A DNA stretch of 63,430 bases, counting the filler, from Kipferlia bialata (Eukaryota): assembly GCA_003568945.1 (NCBI GenBank). It is 8 parts of 6 records of this genome, joined end to end, with 100 filler letters (N's around TTAATTAATTAA, not from the genome) between each part and the next. Parts side by side here need not be neighbours in the genome. Positions count along the whole stretch, not along the records: positions 1 to 17,172 come from BDIP01000540.1; 7 more parts are not named here. One strand, given 5' to 3'. This document shows positions 1-13,286 of the stretch, in pieces (the stretch's first letter is position 1; each line of letters begins with the position of its first letter). The notes below the pieces were generated by a model. It saw nothing but the letters and a program-made list of their open reading frames with translations, was not told where the DNA came from and ran no database searches. A program made the translations under genes and the position numbers.

Positions 1-5
1 AGGAA

Positions 6-40
<35 letters not shown>

Positions 41-299
41 GAGAGAGAGAAACAGGGACAGAGAGAGTATAGAGATACAAGGAATGGCCAACGTGTGAGA
101 GAGAAGAGATGGAGAGAGCGCCATGCAGAGACAGAGCCAAGGAGAGGGGGGAGAGAGAGAGAGAGAGATTGAGATTGGAAGAGAGCGAGAGAGCAATGCA
201 AGGAGAGACACCTAGCTAGAGGGAGCAAAGCAGAATGGGACGGAGGGGGGGGGGGAGAGAGAGAGAGAGAGAAAGAGAGAGAGACATGCAGGCACTCAC

Positions 300-581
300 C
301 AGGTCGGCCTGCAGATACCCCACCCCCTCCCACTGGCTGTACTGCTGGATATCTCTATATATCTCACAGAACCCGTCCATATCATCAGCATACTGGTCTG
401 TGATGCCGGCTATTGCTGCCACTACGTCATGTGTGAGCAAAGGAGAGAAGTCCTTGACATTGTACTGCCAGGGCTGTGTGGCCTTCAGCTCTAGGGTGAC
501 AGAGACCATGTTACGGGGCCACACCTCCCTAGAGGCCAGGACACATGAGAGAGTGCATACAGCCACAAGGGCACACAGCAT
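300..581 (-). CDS. First exon of a predicted secreted protein (gene runs off the window start)
   Basis: ATG at 581, signal-peptide-like MLCALVAVCTLSCVLA, open frame to a GTGAGT donor at 299 followed by (CT)n intron sequence. Confidence 0.65.
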
Positions 582-1076
582 CGGTGGAGAGGCACTCAGC
601 GCCACACCGAATCAAGCTTATCAGAGAAGGCACAAAACAAGGGGTTCATTCGACAGGGAACTTACTACTTGACACGAAAGGTGGGGGTCGATTAGTGGAC
701 GAGTAGGCTTGTTTTCTTCAGCACGATGCACATGGGTGATATGCGGTGCACTTACTGGCTACTGCTGCTAGTAGTGGTTGCTGTGGTGTCCGGTGTGCCT
801 TTTGAGCCGCCTAAGGGGCTTGGTAAGGCACGTGTACAGGAGCACCTGCCTTCTGTTCCAACTCCACCCTCTGCTGACACCGATTGGGCACTGGCTGATG
901 GGTCAACGAGACACAAAGAGAGAGAGAGAGGGGTAAGGGTGCGTGTGGATCCCCCCACCCCCCCTGTTGGTGTAGAGACACCATCACGTGTAGGCATGTC
1001 AACCACACCCCCTCTGACAAGTGGCACATCACAGGCTGACAGAGAGCCACAAGGGCACACAGCATCGGTGGAGAGG
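561..1076. repeat. 32-bp perfect direct repeat (561-592 and 1045-1076)
   Basis: AGCCACAAGGGCACACAGCATCGGTGGAGAGG occurs twice; it spans the start codon of the minus-strand gene. Confidence 0.9.
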
Positions 1077-1151
1077 TTGAATCAAGCTGAATCGTTCAAT
1101 TCTGAATGCACACCGAATCACGTTCTTAGGGCCACCTTGGTTGAACTTTAG
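726..1151 (+). CDS. Small signal-peptide ORF, possibly truncated or rearranged
   Basis: MRCTYWLLLLVVVAVVSG hydrophobic leader, Pro/Thr-rich body; runs into the 32-bp duplicated segment. Confidence 0.4.
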   Translation: MHMGDMRCTYWLLLLVVVAVVSGVPFEPPKGLGKARVQEHLPSVPTPPSADTDWALADGSTRHKERERGVRVRVDPPTPPVGVETPSRVGMSTTPPLTSGTSQADREPQGHTASVERLNQAESFNSECTPNHVLRATLVEL

Positions 1152-1473
1152 GGCATAGTGGTTACGTCCACTAGATCTGTTATTGTATACTATTTGCAGC
1201 ATCCAGGTACTAGAAGGTGATCAGTGTAATATACTGAGCGTATCCTGTGGTGTCTGAGTGTGGTATGCTGAGAAGAACAGTACTCTAATATCGAGGGCCT
1301 CAATTCGAGACTTCCATTACATCCTTCCAAATTGAATGTTCAACTACACATATATTTAGTCCCTACTGTCATGCTGATACCCTGCCACATGGACAGGACT
1401 CTCACATACATCGGCACATATCACTTCACCCCACAGTGCCGTCTCTCTCTATCTGACTCCAAAAATCTCTCCC

Positions 1474-4400
1474 TCACACCGCCATGGTGTCTCTCTCCCT
1501 CAGCATCCCAGCCTGTACCGATGCAGCCATGGGTACCTGCACCAGGGGGTTGGGACACACACTGGTCTTGCCCCTAGCGACACCCTTCCCCTTGTTCTTC
1601 TTGCGAGTGAAGACATCTTTTCCGTACTTGCCCTTGATGACTCCCCATACCCTGCGCAGTCCACCTGCCACAGCTCCAAAGGTACCCTGGAGACCGGTCA
1701 AGGAACCTGAAGGGAGAACTGTAAAGAATACATCTATAGACTAAAGGGGGGGTGATCATGTCTGCGTATACATACCGAGGAGGGCTGCCAGGAAGGCGGC
1801 GTTGTCCTGCACCTTTGACAGTTTCCAGGAGAGCACATTCTCACTCCTCTCTAAAATGATAGTAATGCTGGGGTCAGGAACTACACTAACCAGAACACAC
1901 AATGCCCTCACGAGATGACTATTACACGAATGAACCACCATATATGCAATCATGCACCTCAATGCACTGGCAACAAACGATATGGTACTACAAAGCTAAC
2001 TTCGTCGTTAGACTATTCAGTATGCCTACCTCACTCCGTTCTGGTCCCAGAAGTTCTGGCTGTTGACCATGCTGCCTCTGTCGTATCCAATGAACTGGGG
2101 TGAGAGAGAGATGGATGCGTGAGTGGAACTAGACAGCTATGGACAAGGGAAGTGGAAGTATTATGTCGGAGTGTATACCTCAAAGATCCTGCCGGTTGAC
2201 GGGTTCTTGTTCTCGTTGACGTTACCAGCCCCGTCTCGATCGGGCACCTCCTCCTTGTAAGCTGTGTTGTACATGGACTCGGTTGAGAATATCCCAATCT
2301 CTGTCGGGCTAGATGTGCCTCTAAAGGTCATGGATGCCGGAACCGGGTACAGATCGCCACTGATGGTGGAGAACTGGCCGGGGTTGGAGGCTGTTGAGTT
2401 GACGCTCCAAGCGACACTGCTGGCAAAGAACTCCCCACTGCCGGAGAGAGTGAATGGATACTCGGTCATTCTGTTGTCGAGTTCGACATCGCTGATCTCT
2501 AGGTGGAGGGAACACTTTGATTGGTCGGGCACACCCTCTGAGATATCAGGTGGCTGGCTGCAGGTCTGGACTACTGTAGAGTTGGTGCTGATGGTTGGGA
2601 AGACGATTGAGTCGGAGCAACTGCTGACACCGGCACTATCAGTGACAACACAGGAGTCAAACTTGCCAGTGAACTCTAGGTCCATGATGATGGAACCAGT
2701 CAGCTGAGAGGTTAGAGCAGGTAGGAATGGTGAATATATACTGAAGTTGCACTGAAAGTGATACTAAGCCTCCAGATGTGGCCGAGTATACACGGCGAAA
2801 GAGAACCCCATACACGATAGAACTACAATATAACATAGAAATCGAACTGAACGTATCCCTAGAGGTCATGATATGAGCTGATACCTCAGATGTGGCAAGA
2901 CAACGTGGTACCAGGGTCCTATCCTCCATGATGTTGGTGAAGAGGAACGGGATCACAAGGCCACTTCCAATCACCACAAAGGAACATATGAAGATGCCAC
3001 CCATGAGGCCTCCTATCCAGGTGTTCTTGGAGCTAAAGTGAGATACATTTGGGCATATACCCTCAGGTCAACAGGCATTTCAATATGTAATGGACTCACC
3101 CTAAAGTGCCTGGCATCTTGTACACGAAGGGAACTGCGTAGAGGTCCAGGCGCTTGATGAAGCTTCTCTTGCCAAAGAGGATTGCCAAGAGAGTGACAGC
3201 CAACAGAGAACCTAGACCAATGTACAGGTAACGCTGGAGGTCTGAAGCATTCTGGTTTGATTTCTGTGGTCAGAATAATGGTGACGAAGAGTTGATTGAT
3301 TCAATATAACCTGGTACCAATATATACTAACGTGAAAGATCAACCCACCGCGTGTGTGGTGCCATACTCAGCGGGGTTAGACGTCGACACAAGGTCTGCG
3401 TCCGAGTTATCACTCTCAATGGGTATCACACACGCAGTCGGACAGATCTGGGTATCGGTGCATGGCTTGCATGAGGCTGCCCCTTCCTCATCATTGTAGG
3501 TGCCACTGGGACAGGCGAGGCAGAAGAGTCTACAGTGAGTAGTGCCATCAACAATACGTATTCTGTTGGATATACACCACTCACCTGCTGTCGCCGTATG
3601 CCTTTGCGTTGTAGAACCCTGCAGGACAGGCGGTGCACTTGGTCATACCGTCATGGGCCGCAAAGTGGCCTGTGCCACATGGCTCACAGTGGGCAGGGGT
3701 GTCGCCCTCGGCCTTGGCATACACAGTGCCCCTGGGGGTCAGTAGTATGAATAGACACTATATACCTATGCTGACCACTGGGAGTTAATAGTATGTATGA
3801 TCACTACACGTCTATCCTGTCGTATATTATGATACTACACGTATAGTATACTATAATGCCTGACCTTGAACATGGGTAGCATGCTGTGGAGACCATTGTC
3901 TCTGAGGGGTCACAGGGGTCACCCAGCACAGTGGTCCAGATCTATAGGGTTAGAAAGAGAGATAAGGGATAGTGTTTTATGTATACACACTCCCACCTCT
4001 GGCACTGCCTGTCCTTCTGGGGCTAGGGGTGACTCCACGAGGTACCCACCAATGGAGTAGAGAGAGGTACCGAACACGCCCTGCATCGTGTTCATTCTGT
4101 TACGTTCCATGGTAGTGCCATACTGGGGGTAGATCTCTGTCACATTGGCGTTGACAACAGGAGAGAAGTCCATCACCCTCAGGGTACCGACGGGGTTGCT
4201 GGTCTCGTTGCTCCTGCCACCAGTACTTAGAACCCTGAATGTTAGGGGGGAATACAAACCAAGCGTACCTAGTATATGATTTCCATACACCTTGAGCCAA
4301 TGACAGAGACTGGAGATGCGGCATGTGCAGTGTTGATGGTGCAGCCAGTACCATCAGGACCCTCTACCAGGTCGAACTCCTCTAGGTACACCTCTCCATC

Positions 4401-7400
4401 ACCCAGCCAGTCCCCGCCCTTCCCACCATGGACAGAGACCTTGTAGACAGTGCCCTCACACACCATACTGTCAGACACACCTCCGCAGAGGTAAAGGTAG
4501 CCGTCGCGCAGGGAGTAGGTACCTAAGAGTGAGAGTAAACTAAGTACTATCCCAATAGGGCGATGTCAATCTGCTAGTTACCTTCCCGCTCTGCCTCCCC
4601 GACAGGTATGAAGAAGAGAGAGGCCGACGTGAGCTTAGGCTGGGCAGAGTATCGGTTGAAGGTGTATTTCGTCCACACCTGTTTTGTGAGAGACAGGAAA
4701 AGTGTACAATAGGATGAACACAATTCCTCCGTCACCTTATCAAAGTAGCTAAACGTGTAGAAGTCCCCGAGTACCCCCTCTGTGCCCATACCGCCAAACA
4801 GTATGAGTGTCTCCCCTACAGTAGTGACAGCACCAGAGCTACGTGCCGAGGGACGGTCACCTAGACCTATCTGAGACGTAAGGTGACCCTTCAATATGCA
4901 AAACAACAGACATACGCAGAACACACCTGGGCGTTGACTTCCTTGATGTCTATATGGTAGGTAAACTCGTCGTCCAGGTATGTCCCGTCGCTGTCTTGAC
5001 CCCCAAAGACCATGAGCATGGGACCAAAGGAGACCATCATGGCATCGTACCTGGGGTCAATATATATAGTGTTTCTATCCTATGTCTATGTATACACATA
5101 CCTAGCCGTGGGCATACTTCCCTCCATGGTGGGGCGTGTAATCCAGTTCGGCTCAGGTGGGGAGTAGTAGGGTGCTGGTGCGCATGTCTCTTCACAGCCG
5201 GTGTTGGTGTCGCAGTCGGAGACACAGGCGTCAAATCCATCGTTGGTGCATGTACACTCGGTAATAGTGGTGACGCACGTGTCATACTCAGCATCGCACT
5301 CAGCTGTGTCGTACATACATACATAATACGCATTCTCGCACAAACCAGCGGGAGTCGCGTAGTAGCATGCCTCGAACTGGGTGTAGCACTCCTGCCTCTC
5401 GTCATAGGTGTCACTGTCATAGTAACACGCATCATAAGCATTCTCACATATACCATAAGGAGAGGCATCGTAGCAAGTTCGATAAGCATCCCAACAGTCG
5501 GAGTCATCCCCCTCACACTCCGCGTACTCATCATAGCAAGACACTGGAAGAGCATCCTCACAGGAGTAGTAGCCAGTAGCGCAAGTAGCTGACAGTTCTT
5601 CCAGGCAAGTATCCTGTTCCGCCTGACATCCCTCTACTACCTCTATCAACTGGGAGTAGCATCCCACCCTCTCTGCATCACAGGAGGGTATGTTGCCTGG
5701 GTGCGCAGTACAACAGGAGTCGTATGCGGTATCGCAGTACGCACATCCACACCAGTACATGTCACACTCACTTGTGCACTCCTCGTGACCTGACAGTCAG
5801 AGAGAATATATGTACATGAACCATAAAGTGGTAATACTTGGGTGCACTAAGTATGGAATTTGCACTAGGTGTCGGTGTTGTCTCCTATGACATGTGTGAT
5901 CAAACACGGCACCTGTCTCTATCCAGTCCGACTCGCATCTATCCAGGCAAGTGGCTGTGGAGTTGAATGCATGTAGGTTATTTAGAACCGTCCCAGTCTG
6001 GTGTGAGTATAGCTAGCAAGACATATATAGCACATCCCTGTCCTAAAGTGATAGACAATGTGACGCTTCTGTAGGCCGTACCCCTGTCTTCCCTCCAAAG
6101 GCATAGACACTGTCACCGCTGGTGGCAAAAGCAGCACCTACAAGGCCTACTGGTGAGCATTGTTATCACACAATTCATAAACCATCCACAGGACCACAAA
6201 TACGTTACCATCAGTATCACTACCTGTCGGTGGCCCCCCATCAAAGGATGGGTTGATGACGTCCATGTATGAGTCCCAGGAGTCCTCACCAGAGGGATAC
6301 ATCTTGACAATGTTATTGTTGATGACACTGTCCCATCCTGAGGTAAGTCTACAAGAGAACCCACCAACCGTGCCATTAGAATCCGCGTGATACCTCCAAA
6401 TGCATATGCCTCATCCCAGTAGTCATAGACAAGGCCAAAAGAGTGTCTGGCATTAGAAGGATTATTGGTCAAACACTACATTCTCAGCCTCGGGAAATGT
6501 ATTGAAACATGTCCAGCAAAAGGATAGTGTACCTTGACTGTTCCTCGTTAGTCATCTCCACTGTCCACCCACAGTCAGGACACGAGGCAAGATCAAGGGA
6601 GCGGTACACATCGTAGACTTCACCAGTCACGACATCCTGCCCAAAGACTGGTGTTAAAGAAGTCAGTAAGAGACACATTCAATATTAACACTAAGACCGC
6701 AGTCGTTCTAATACCTGATAGAAAAGCCACCGGGTCATCAGGGGAGTCAGAGTAAATGTCGTGAGAAATGTAGCACCCCATGTTCTGGATGAGTACTGCC
6801 TCTTCTCCAAAGTCTGCCTCCCACACAGTAGACCACTCCTACGAATGAGTGTGTGCAAGATTAATATGGTATCGGTACCAGTATCTGACAGTAAGATGAC
6901 ACTGGATACCGATATTAAGTACAGAGAGGTATGAACATACCATGATCTCAGTATCAAACTTGCTAATGACGTTGTTACCAACAGGTGCTCCATACTGGGG
7001 TAAGGGTACGCGTGATGAATGAAGGAACTTAAGGAATGAAAGAACAGACAATGTGTCCCATGTAAGTGGAAGGACACGACAGAAGGGCCACATACCTCAT
7101 CGTTACCACCAAACCCGCCATAAATGTACACTGCGGTTCCTGCAGTGAGACTGAAACCTTTAGACCCATATAAAGTATACACTATATACACATAGAAATG
7201 AAAGCATATGGTCTCTCAACTGCAACTAATATACAGTGTCAATTGAGTATGATTCTATGATATTAGTACCTTCACCGACTGCACAACCGTTAGCAGCGGC
7301 TACCGGAGTGTCTTCAGTCTCTGGCACAAGGGAAAACGTCTCAGTGGACGGGGTGAACAGCCAAGTCTCTGTAATGAGACAGAAGAGTAATACTATATAG

Positions 7401-10400
7401 CGTCGAACACCTCAGACTGCACACCATAGGCTATAGGGTATATGTACTGACGGACACCCTACCTCTAATCAACTCATCAGTACCCACCATCCCACCAAAG
7501 ATCATAAGACAGGTCTCAGCCGTCTTCGTCCAACACCAGCCGAGCTCCTCATACTCATTAGTGCATGCTTCGGTGCATGTCTGGAACAGAGACGTATCCA
7601 GACACCTGGTCTCACAGGTAGATGTGCAAGAGTCAATGACACATCCGCTGAGACAAGAGTCTAAGCATGAATCACTACATGACTCAGCACACTCGCTCTG
7701 ACAGGAACTAACACACCCAGTGTCAGTGCTGTTCGCGCACACAGCTGTGCATCGGTCAGTACAAGAAGGAGTAGAGCAGTGTTCGGCGCACGATGTGTCA
7801 CATCCAGCGGCACACGGGATGTTGTAGCACTCGGGACCTATACAGGACTCGACACAAGAAGCACTGGTACTGGTCTCTCGGCACGACGCAGTACACGACT
7901 CTGCACCAATAGTCTCCAGGCACGACTCGACCTGCACTGCAGACCCAAATGCGCCCAGTCCTGAGGGTGAGACTCATCCTTGATGTTGGATATATGTTCA
8001 TGACATCGATACATTATATATATATGTAATATTTTGCATTACATACTATATATCAATATTCACTACATTTTGGATGTCTTTCAACGTACTTGGAGTCAGT
8101 GGCGTCTGTATCTCCCTCCACACCATCTGGGAAGGGGTCATGTCTAGAACCCACAGGTCGGAGTAGTAGGTATCACTCTGAGGGTAAGGACAGCCCAATA
8201 CAAAGACTATACTTAGAGAATACGTATATATAGAGCAATATGGACCATATTGCATATGGTATTCATGTCCTTCCATACCTCATAGCCGAGCCCTATATAG
8301 AGTAGGGATCCCGATATGAACCCAACAGCATTGGCCCTAGCAGGTGGACTGACGCCTGGAGATAAGGATTCCTTTACTATATATGACGACTCTCACATGG
8401 AGAACAGTGGTGGCATATACATATGGGAATATGTGCATATACCTCGCACTGGTGCCTTGACCCAAGTGTTATCACCGTCATCATCACTGTAGTAGGAGCC
8501 CATGTTGTAGTACCAGACATCGTTGTAGAAGGTGATGGTGTCAGTCCCGCCAAACATCACCAGCCTGGTGTGAGGACAGCTGTTTAGAAATAGGATAGAC
8601 AGAGTAGATCCAGACTTGCCACGGTGCAAGAGATGACTTTGATGCGGATAGTGAGGCAGAAGAGTTACATTGGATCCTCACCTCTCGGTATTTCCGTACT
8701 CGTCCACCGTCTTCAGAAGGAGGCTACTGATACGCCTGAGTAAGGATAAGAGGCAATGAGAATACATTGCTGTGGCAATATGCAATGCCTCTAAAATTGT
8801 ATAAATACATACACATTGATACTGTTGCGCCTCTTATAAGACAGCACCTCTTCTCCCCTGTGATGGTAAGAAGGATATATATATGTAGAGACACCTGGCA
8901 GGGGGAACACCGAACTCTGGGATGGACGTCCACGTCAGTACGGGGTATCGACTATCACAAACACTCTGGCATGCAGTAGTCAAACCACACATGGTATCAA
9001 TACAGCTGGAATCAGTACCAAACACCAATAGAGCCTAGTTGAGATAATAATAGGTCTATATTCGGTGATTAGGTACTATTTACCTGTCTTGTGTGGCATC
9101 ACAGGCAGTAGTACATGCGGTACAAGGAGCAGAGCACTCTTGGTATGCTGCATAGCACTCGTCAACTGGTACCATACAACTAAATATCAGACTGGATGGC
9201 AAACGGGGTAACGAACAATGATGAGAGAAGAATTGAATGGATACCTACTCACATCAGGTAAAGTATTAGACCCACACTCCATTACCTTGTGTACGTATCT
9301 GCACAGTTCCCTATACACTCCGTTTCCATTACACACTCCATCCAGATGTTATCACAAGTGTCTTCGTCGTCAGTGCAGCTGGGGTGTCAGTGATAAGAGT
9401 ATAGACAACAAGTACAAATCCCAGATAGTGATGTAACACACAATATTAAGGAAGTGACACAACGTGACATACCTTTCTAACCCGGCATCACAGGAATCGA
9501 GACTGCCATCATCAAGACATGCTTCCACGCACACATCTGCAGCATCCTCGCACTCCTCTTCTCCTGTACCACAGCTGGGAATCAGGTAGGGAGATTACGC
9601 ACACAATACCAAATAGTCAAAACTGATGCAATGAGACCCAACGTCATGATTAGAGTATGCAACTAGTGTCATCAACTAACACGAACCTACTCAGACTAGA
9701 ATCGCAAGGCGCCTGACACTCGTCACAGGGTGCATAGCAGTCCTCAGTCAGCGCTTCACATGTGATTATGGCACCATCAAGGCATGCCTGATCGTCCCCA
9801 CACGCTCTGCCCATGTCGACCAGGCAGCTTCAGTCAGAATACTACAGATGGAGAGAGACAACTGAAACACTTGTGAAAAATCCACCTCTCAACCTCACCG
9901 TTGACTCCATAAAGGGCTTGAAAGGAAGATGAAATGAAAGGCAGCTGTCGGTTCCCTACCTATCGTACGATGTCCCACATGCCTCAATACACTCCTCATA
10001 CTCATCATAGTCCCAGCTGGTATCCCAGCATACATCATCACACTCATCCCAGAGAGTGTCACAAACGCCAACCCCTTCAGTACAACTGATGTCAGACAAT
10101 TACACAATTACCACATGGACTGATATGTGATACATTGTCATACATTCATACCTCTGATACTCCCACTCACAGTCGGATGAGCATGTCATATGGTTTCCAA
10201 AGTGGTCACAGTTAGACTCGCAGTATGAGTAAGCACGTTTACAGGGGGAGCAGCTGGTGGTGAGAGGGGGATTGTATATGAATATACCGATAGATAGACA
10301 GATATATATATATATATATATACAGATAGACGGATAGAGGTAGTGGGAATATTGGGAAAGGCAACATTGATATGGAGAGAGGGAGCAGCTAGTGGTGAGA

Positions 10401-11717
10401 GACAGGCAGCGACCAGCAGAGTAGCAAAACCGATACTCTATCTAGTGTATAGAGACACTGTGTGGACGTCCCAAGACTGAGGGGAGCAGTAAGTGGTGGG
10501 AAGAGAGCGGAGAGTAAGATATGACACACATGAGAGTACGGAGCAGTATTCAAAGAGCCTGAGGTAGAGGATGGATGCACAAGGGTCAGTACCTGTCGTA
10601 GGACTGGTCACAAAGGCCATAGCAGTCAGTGTATGGGGTCATGCACTCATCATACACATCGTCACAGGCTTCGTCACATGAGCCAGTGTCATTGCCGGTC
10701 CAGCACAGCTCATAGCAGCTGGGGTCGGTGAATGTGAACTCTTGCCATTATATGTGTGCACACTATGGTGTATGGGAGTACCTGTCTTCAGCTGCGTAAC
10801 AGTCACCCCTTATCTCATCGTATATTTCACCGCAGACACCCTCATACTTGCATATGTTACGCTGTTCCCAGCAGTCAATGTTCACATCTGTATCCCAACA
10901 CCTGATTGAGTGAGAAGATAGAAAAGGGATAGTGCACTACACACACGTATATATTTGTATATTCTTATATATATATAGACATACCATCTGTTCCCCAACA
11001 CTGGTGGTGAGGAGACAGGCAAGGTGTAGGCACTATCTTCACACTCACTCACACACACACACACACAAATGTACATATATATATATATATATACCACCAA
11101 GGAAAAGAACCACTTATGGACAATAATTGAATGCCAAATTATATGTATATATACGTGATACTTAGTATATATACTGGTATATAGTATACATATAGTACTT
11201 AGTATTGACATACAGAGTTATCAGATACACCAACTGGACGTAGTATAGTAATACAGTGTATACGCTCCCGTACTCGTTGTACTCAGACTGGCAGGCAGCA
11301 GAACAAGATGTGGTGTCACTCTCATCAGCGGAGACTGTCTCCCCCTTGGCAGTCAGGTATAGTCTCCCTCCCTCCCTTGCACACTCTCCCTTGGCGGACT
11401 GGCCTAGTCCGAAGGACTTGGATGCATAGACTGGAGGGGTTGGGGCAGATGCTGAAGGAGGGGAGGCAGAGGCTGGAGTGAGAGTGAGGGGAAGGGTTCT
11501 CAAATGTATGAAGGAGACAGGGTGGGGGGGGGCTGGCGGGTGGGGGGGGGGGGGGGGGTATTTGAACACAACCCACANNNNNNNNNNNNNNNNNNNNNNN
11601 NNNNNNGGGGTGGAGAGGGAGGGGGGGGGGGGGGGGGGTAGGAAGAGAGAGAGGCGGGATGGCCTACCTCTCGACCTCCTCTGAATCCTGGAGAACCACG
11701 AACTCATCGGCAGTGGC
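1474..11717 (-). CDS. Very large multi-exon membrane protein: CxxxC Cys-rich repeats, Kelch blades, GCC2/ephrin-receptor-like Cys repeats and 3 TM segments (5' end uncertain)
   Basis: Kelch motifs LILFGGMG..LGDFYTF, MFGGTDTITFYNDVWYY, VYIYGGFGG; Cys-rich exons (5086-5760, 7431-7937); CEPCGTGHFAAHDGMTKCTACPAGFYN; TMs YLYIGLGSLLAVTLLAILF, IGGLMGGIFICSFVVIGSGLVIPFL, FLAALLGSLTGLQGTFGAV; GT-AG introns; stop at 1474. Confidence 0.8.
11578..11606. other. Intra-scaffold sequence gap
   Basis: Run of N between poly-G tracts, without linker. Confidence 0.95.
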
Positions 11718-13286
11718 CTGGTGGGGTAGACAGGGGGTGGGGGAGAGAGAGAGAAAAAAAAAGGCCGTCCTTGACTATCACGAGCTCAGCGTGGCCTTAG
11801 AATGAGTATTGAATGAGTATAGAGAGAGATATCACCCATCAGGTGACTGCCTCCGGAGTGACAGTGTGGGATCAAACACGAGTGCATATCAGCTCTGTAC
11901 CAAAGGGGAATGTATCAGAGAGAATATAACATTGGAGACACATGGGCACAGAGGTGTGGTGGTAGCATGAGTTTCTGACGAACCTCAACGACCTCAGGGG
12001 TCTCAGCCGCACGACGGGTAGACTGACAGCATCCCATCAAAGCTCAATCCTGAAGTTAGACTAAGCGGAGGTCAGGCGACGTGAAAGAAGCGGCAGATTA
12101 TTATGGAGTAATGGGGCATATGCAGCTCCCAGAGGCTGCATAAACAACACACAAGCGTGTCAGTATCATTATAGTCCGTAGCACATTCTCAACCACACCC
12201 TAACACCGACAACATAGAGGTAGATTCATCGTAGCCGAAACTATCCACTGAAAGAGCCTCAGAGGCAGCTGTATGCTTCTCACGACCGACACAAGTACAC
12301 CATACACACCCACCATGGGCCATGTCAACTACTCACCTCTGACCTCCGCTAGAAAGGCAGACATGCTTCGACAGATTATGAAATTGGTCCTTCACCCGGC
12401 TCAACTCAAGAGACATTACCCGGCTCAACTCTAGCTCTCTGTTTTTGGCGGCTATAAAGCCTGGCCCCTTATGTGTCACCAAGATAAGTAAGATTCTTGA
12501 AGAATCTTGAGGTCGAGACTCTTTATGCCAGTGATTGTTATGGCATGAAACTGGGTGTACAGTCTCGTTCCACTGTCCCTGGCTATTAACCAGGGTCGGT
12601 GGCCTGTCACAGACTTTCATATATATCAATCATCTAGTTTCTGGGTGTTGGGATCCGTTTTTGGACCCTTCTTCTTTGTGGCTGCGGGTCCAGAGCGGAG
12701 CAATAGATTCTTCTTCTTTGTGGCTGCGTTGGATGTGTGGAATGAGTCTAACTGAATAGACAGCTCTCTCTCTCTTTCTCTCTCTGTGTAACTATGTAAC
12801 GGAAGAAGATTGAGTGCTCTATTGCCGACTCATAAGGCTTGAACAAGAGAACTATGTGCTTCGTTGTATGGTCTCCGCAAGTTCACACTACCAGTTTGGT
12901 AGCATATCGTTCTCCAAGGGCATCCCAGGGGTGGCTAGGCAGAATTCTACCATTTTCGGAGGGTTCCTGTCGCGTAGAAACACAGAGCTTCCTGCCGTTG
13001 AGCTCGGGTCAACTTGACCCGGTCAAGTGGCAAATACTCAGAGATCTATGTTCTGGCTATTGATACATGTGTCTGATGAATCATTTGTGATCCAGTCAAT
13101 ACTCTAAGAGTATTACTCTTTTGGGGTCTCCCGAAGAGACTCCGGCTGAAACTGAGACTGATAGAGATCCAACGTCACTGAGTCTTTGCTATAATAGCTA
13201 TTCTGGGCCCAAGCCCTTTAAGGACACTATACCCATATAACAACTGAACTAATCCACTGTGACAGTGGACCACTGTCTCTCCTCCT

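Noticed and set aside
5086..10100. Alternative genetic code or selenocysteine in Cys-rich exons
   Set aside because: The exons checked translate with the standard code; apparent stops fall in introns
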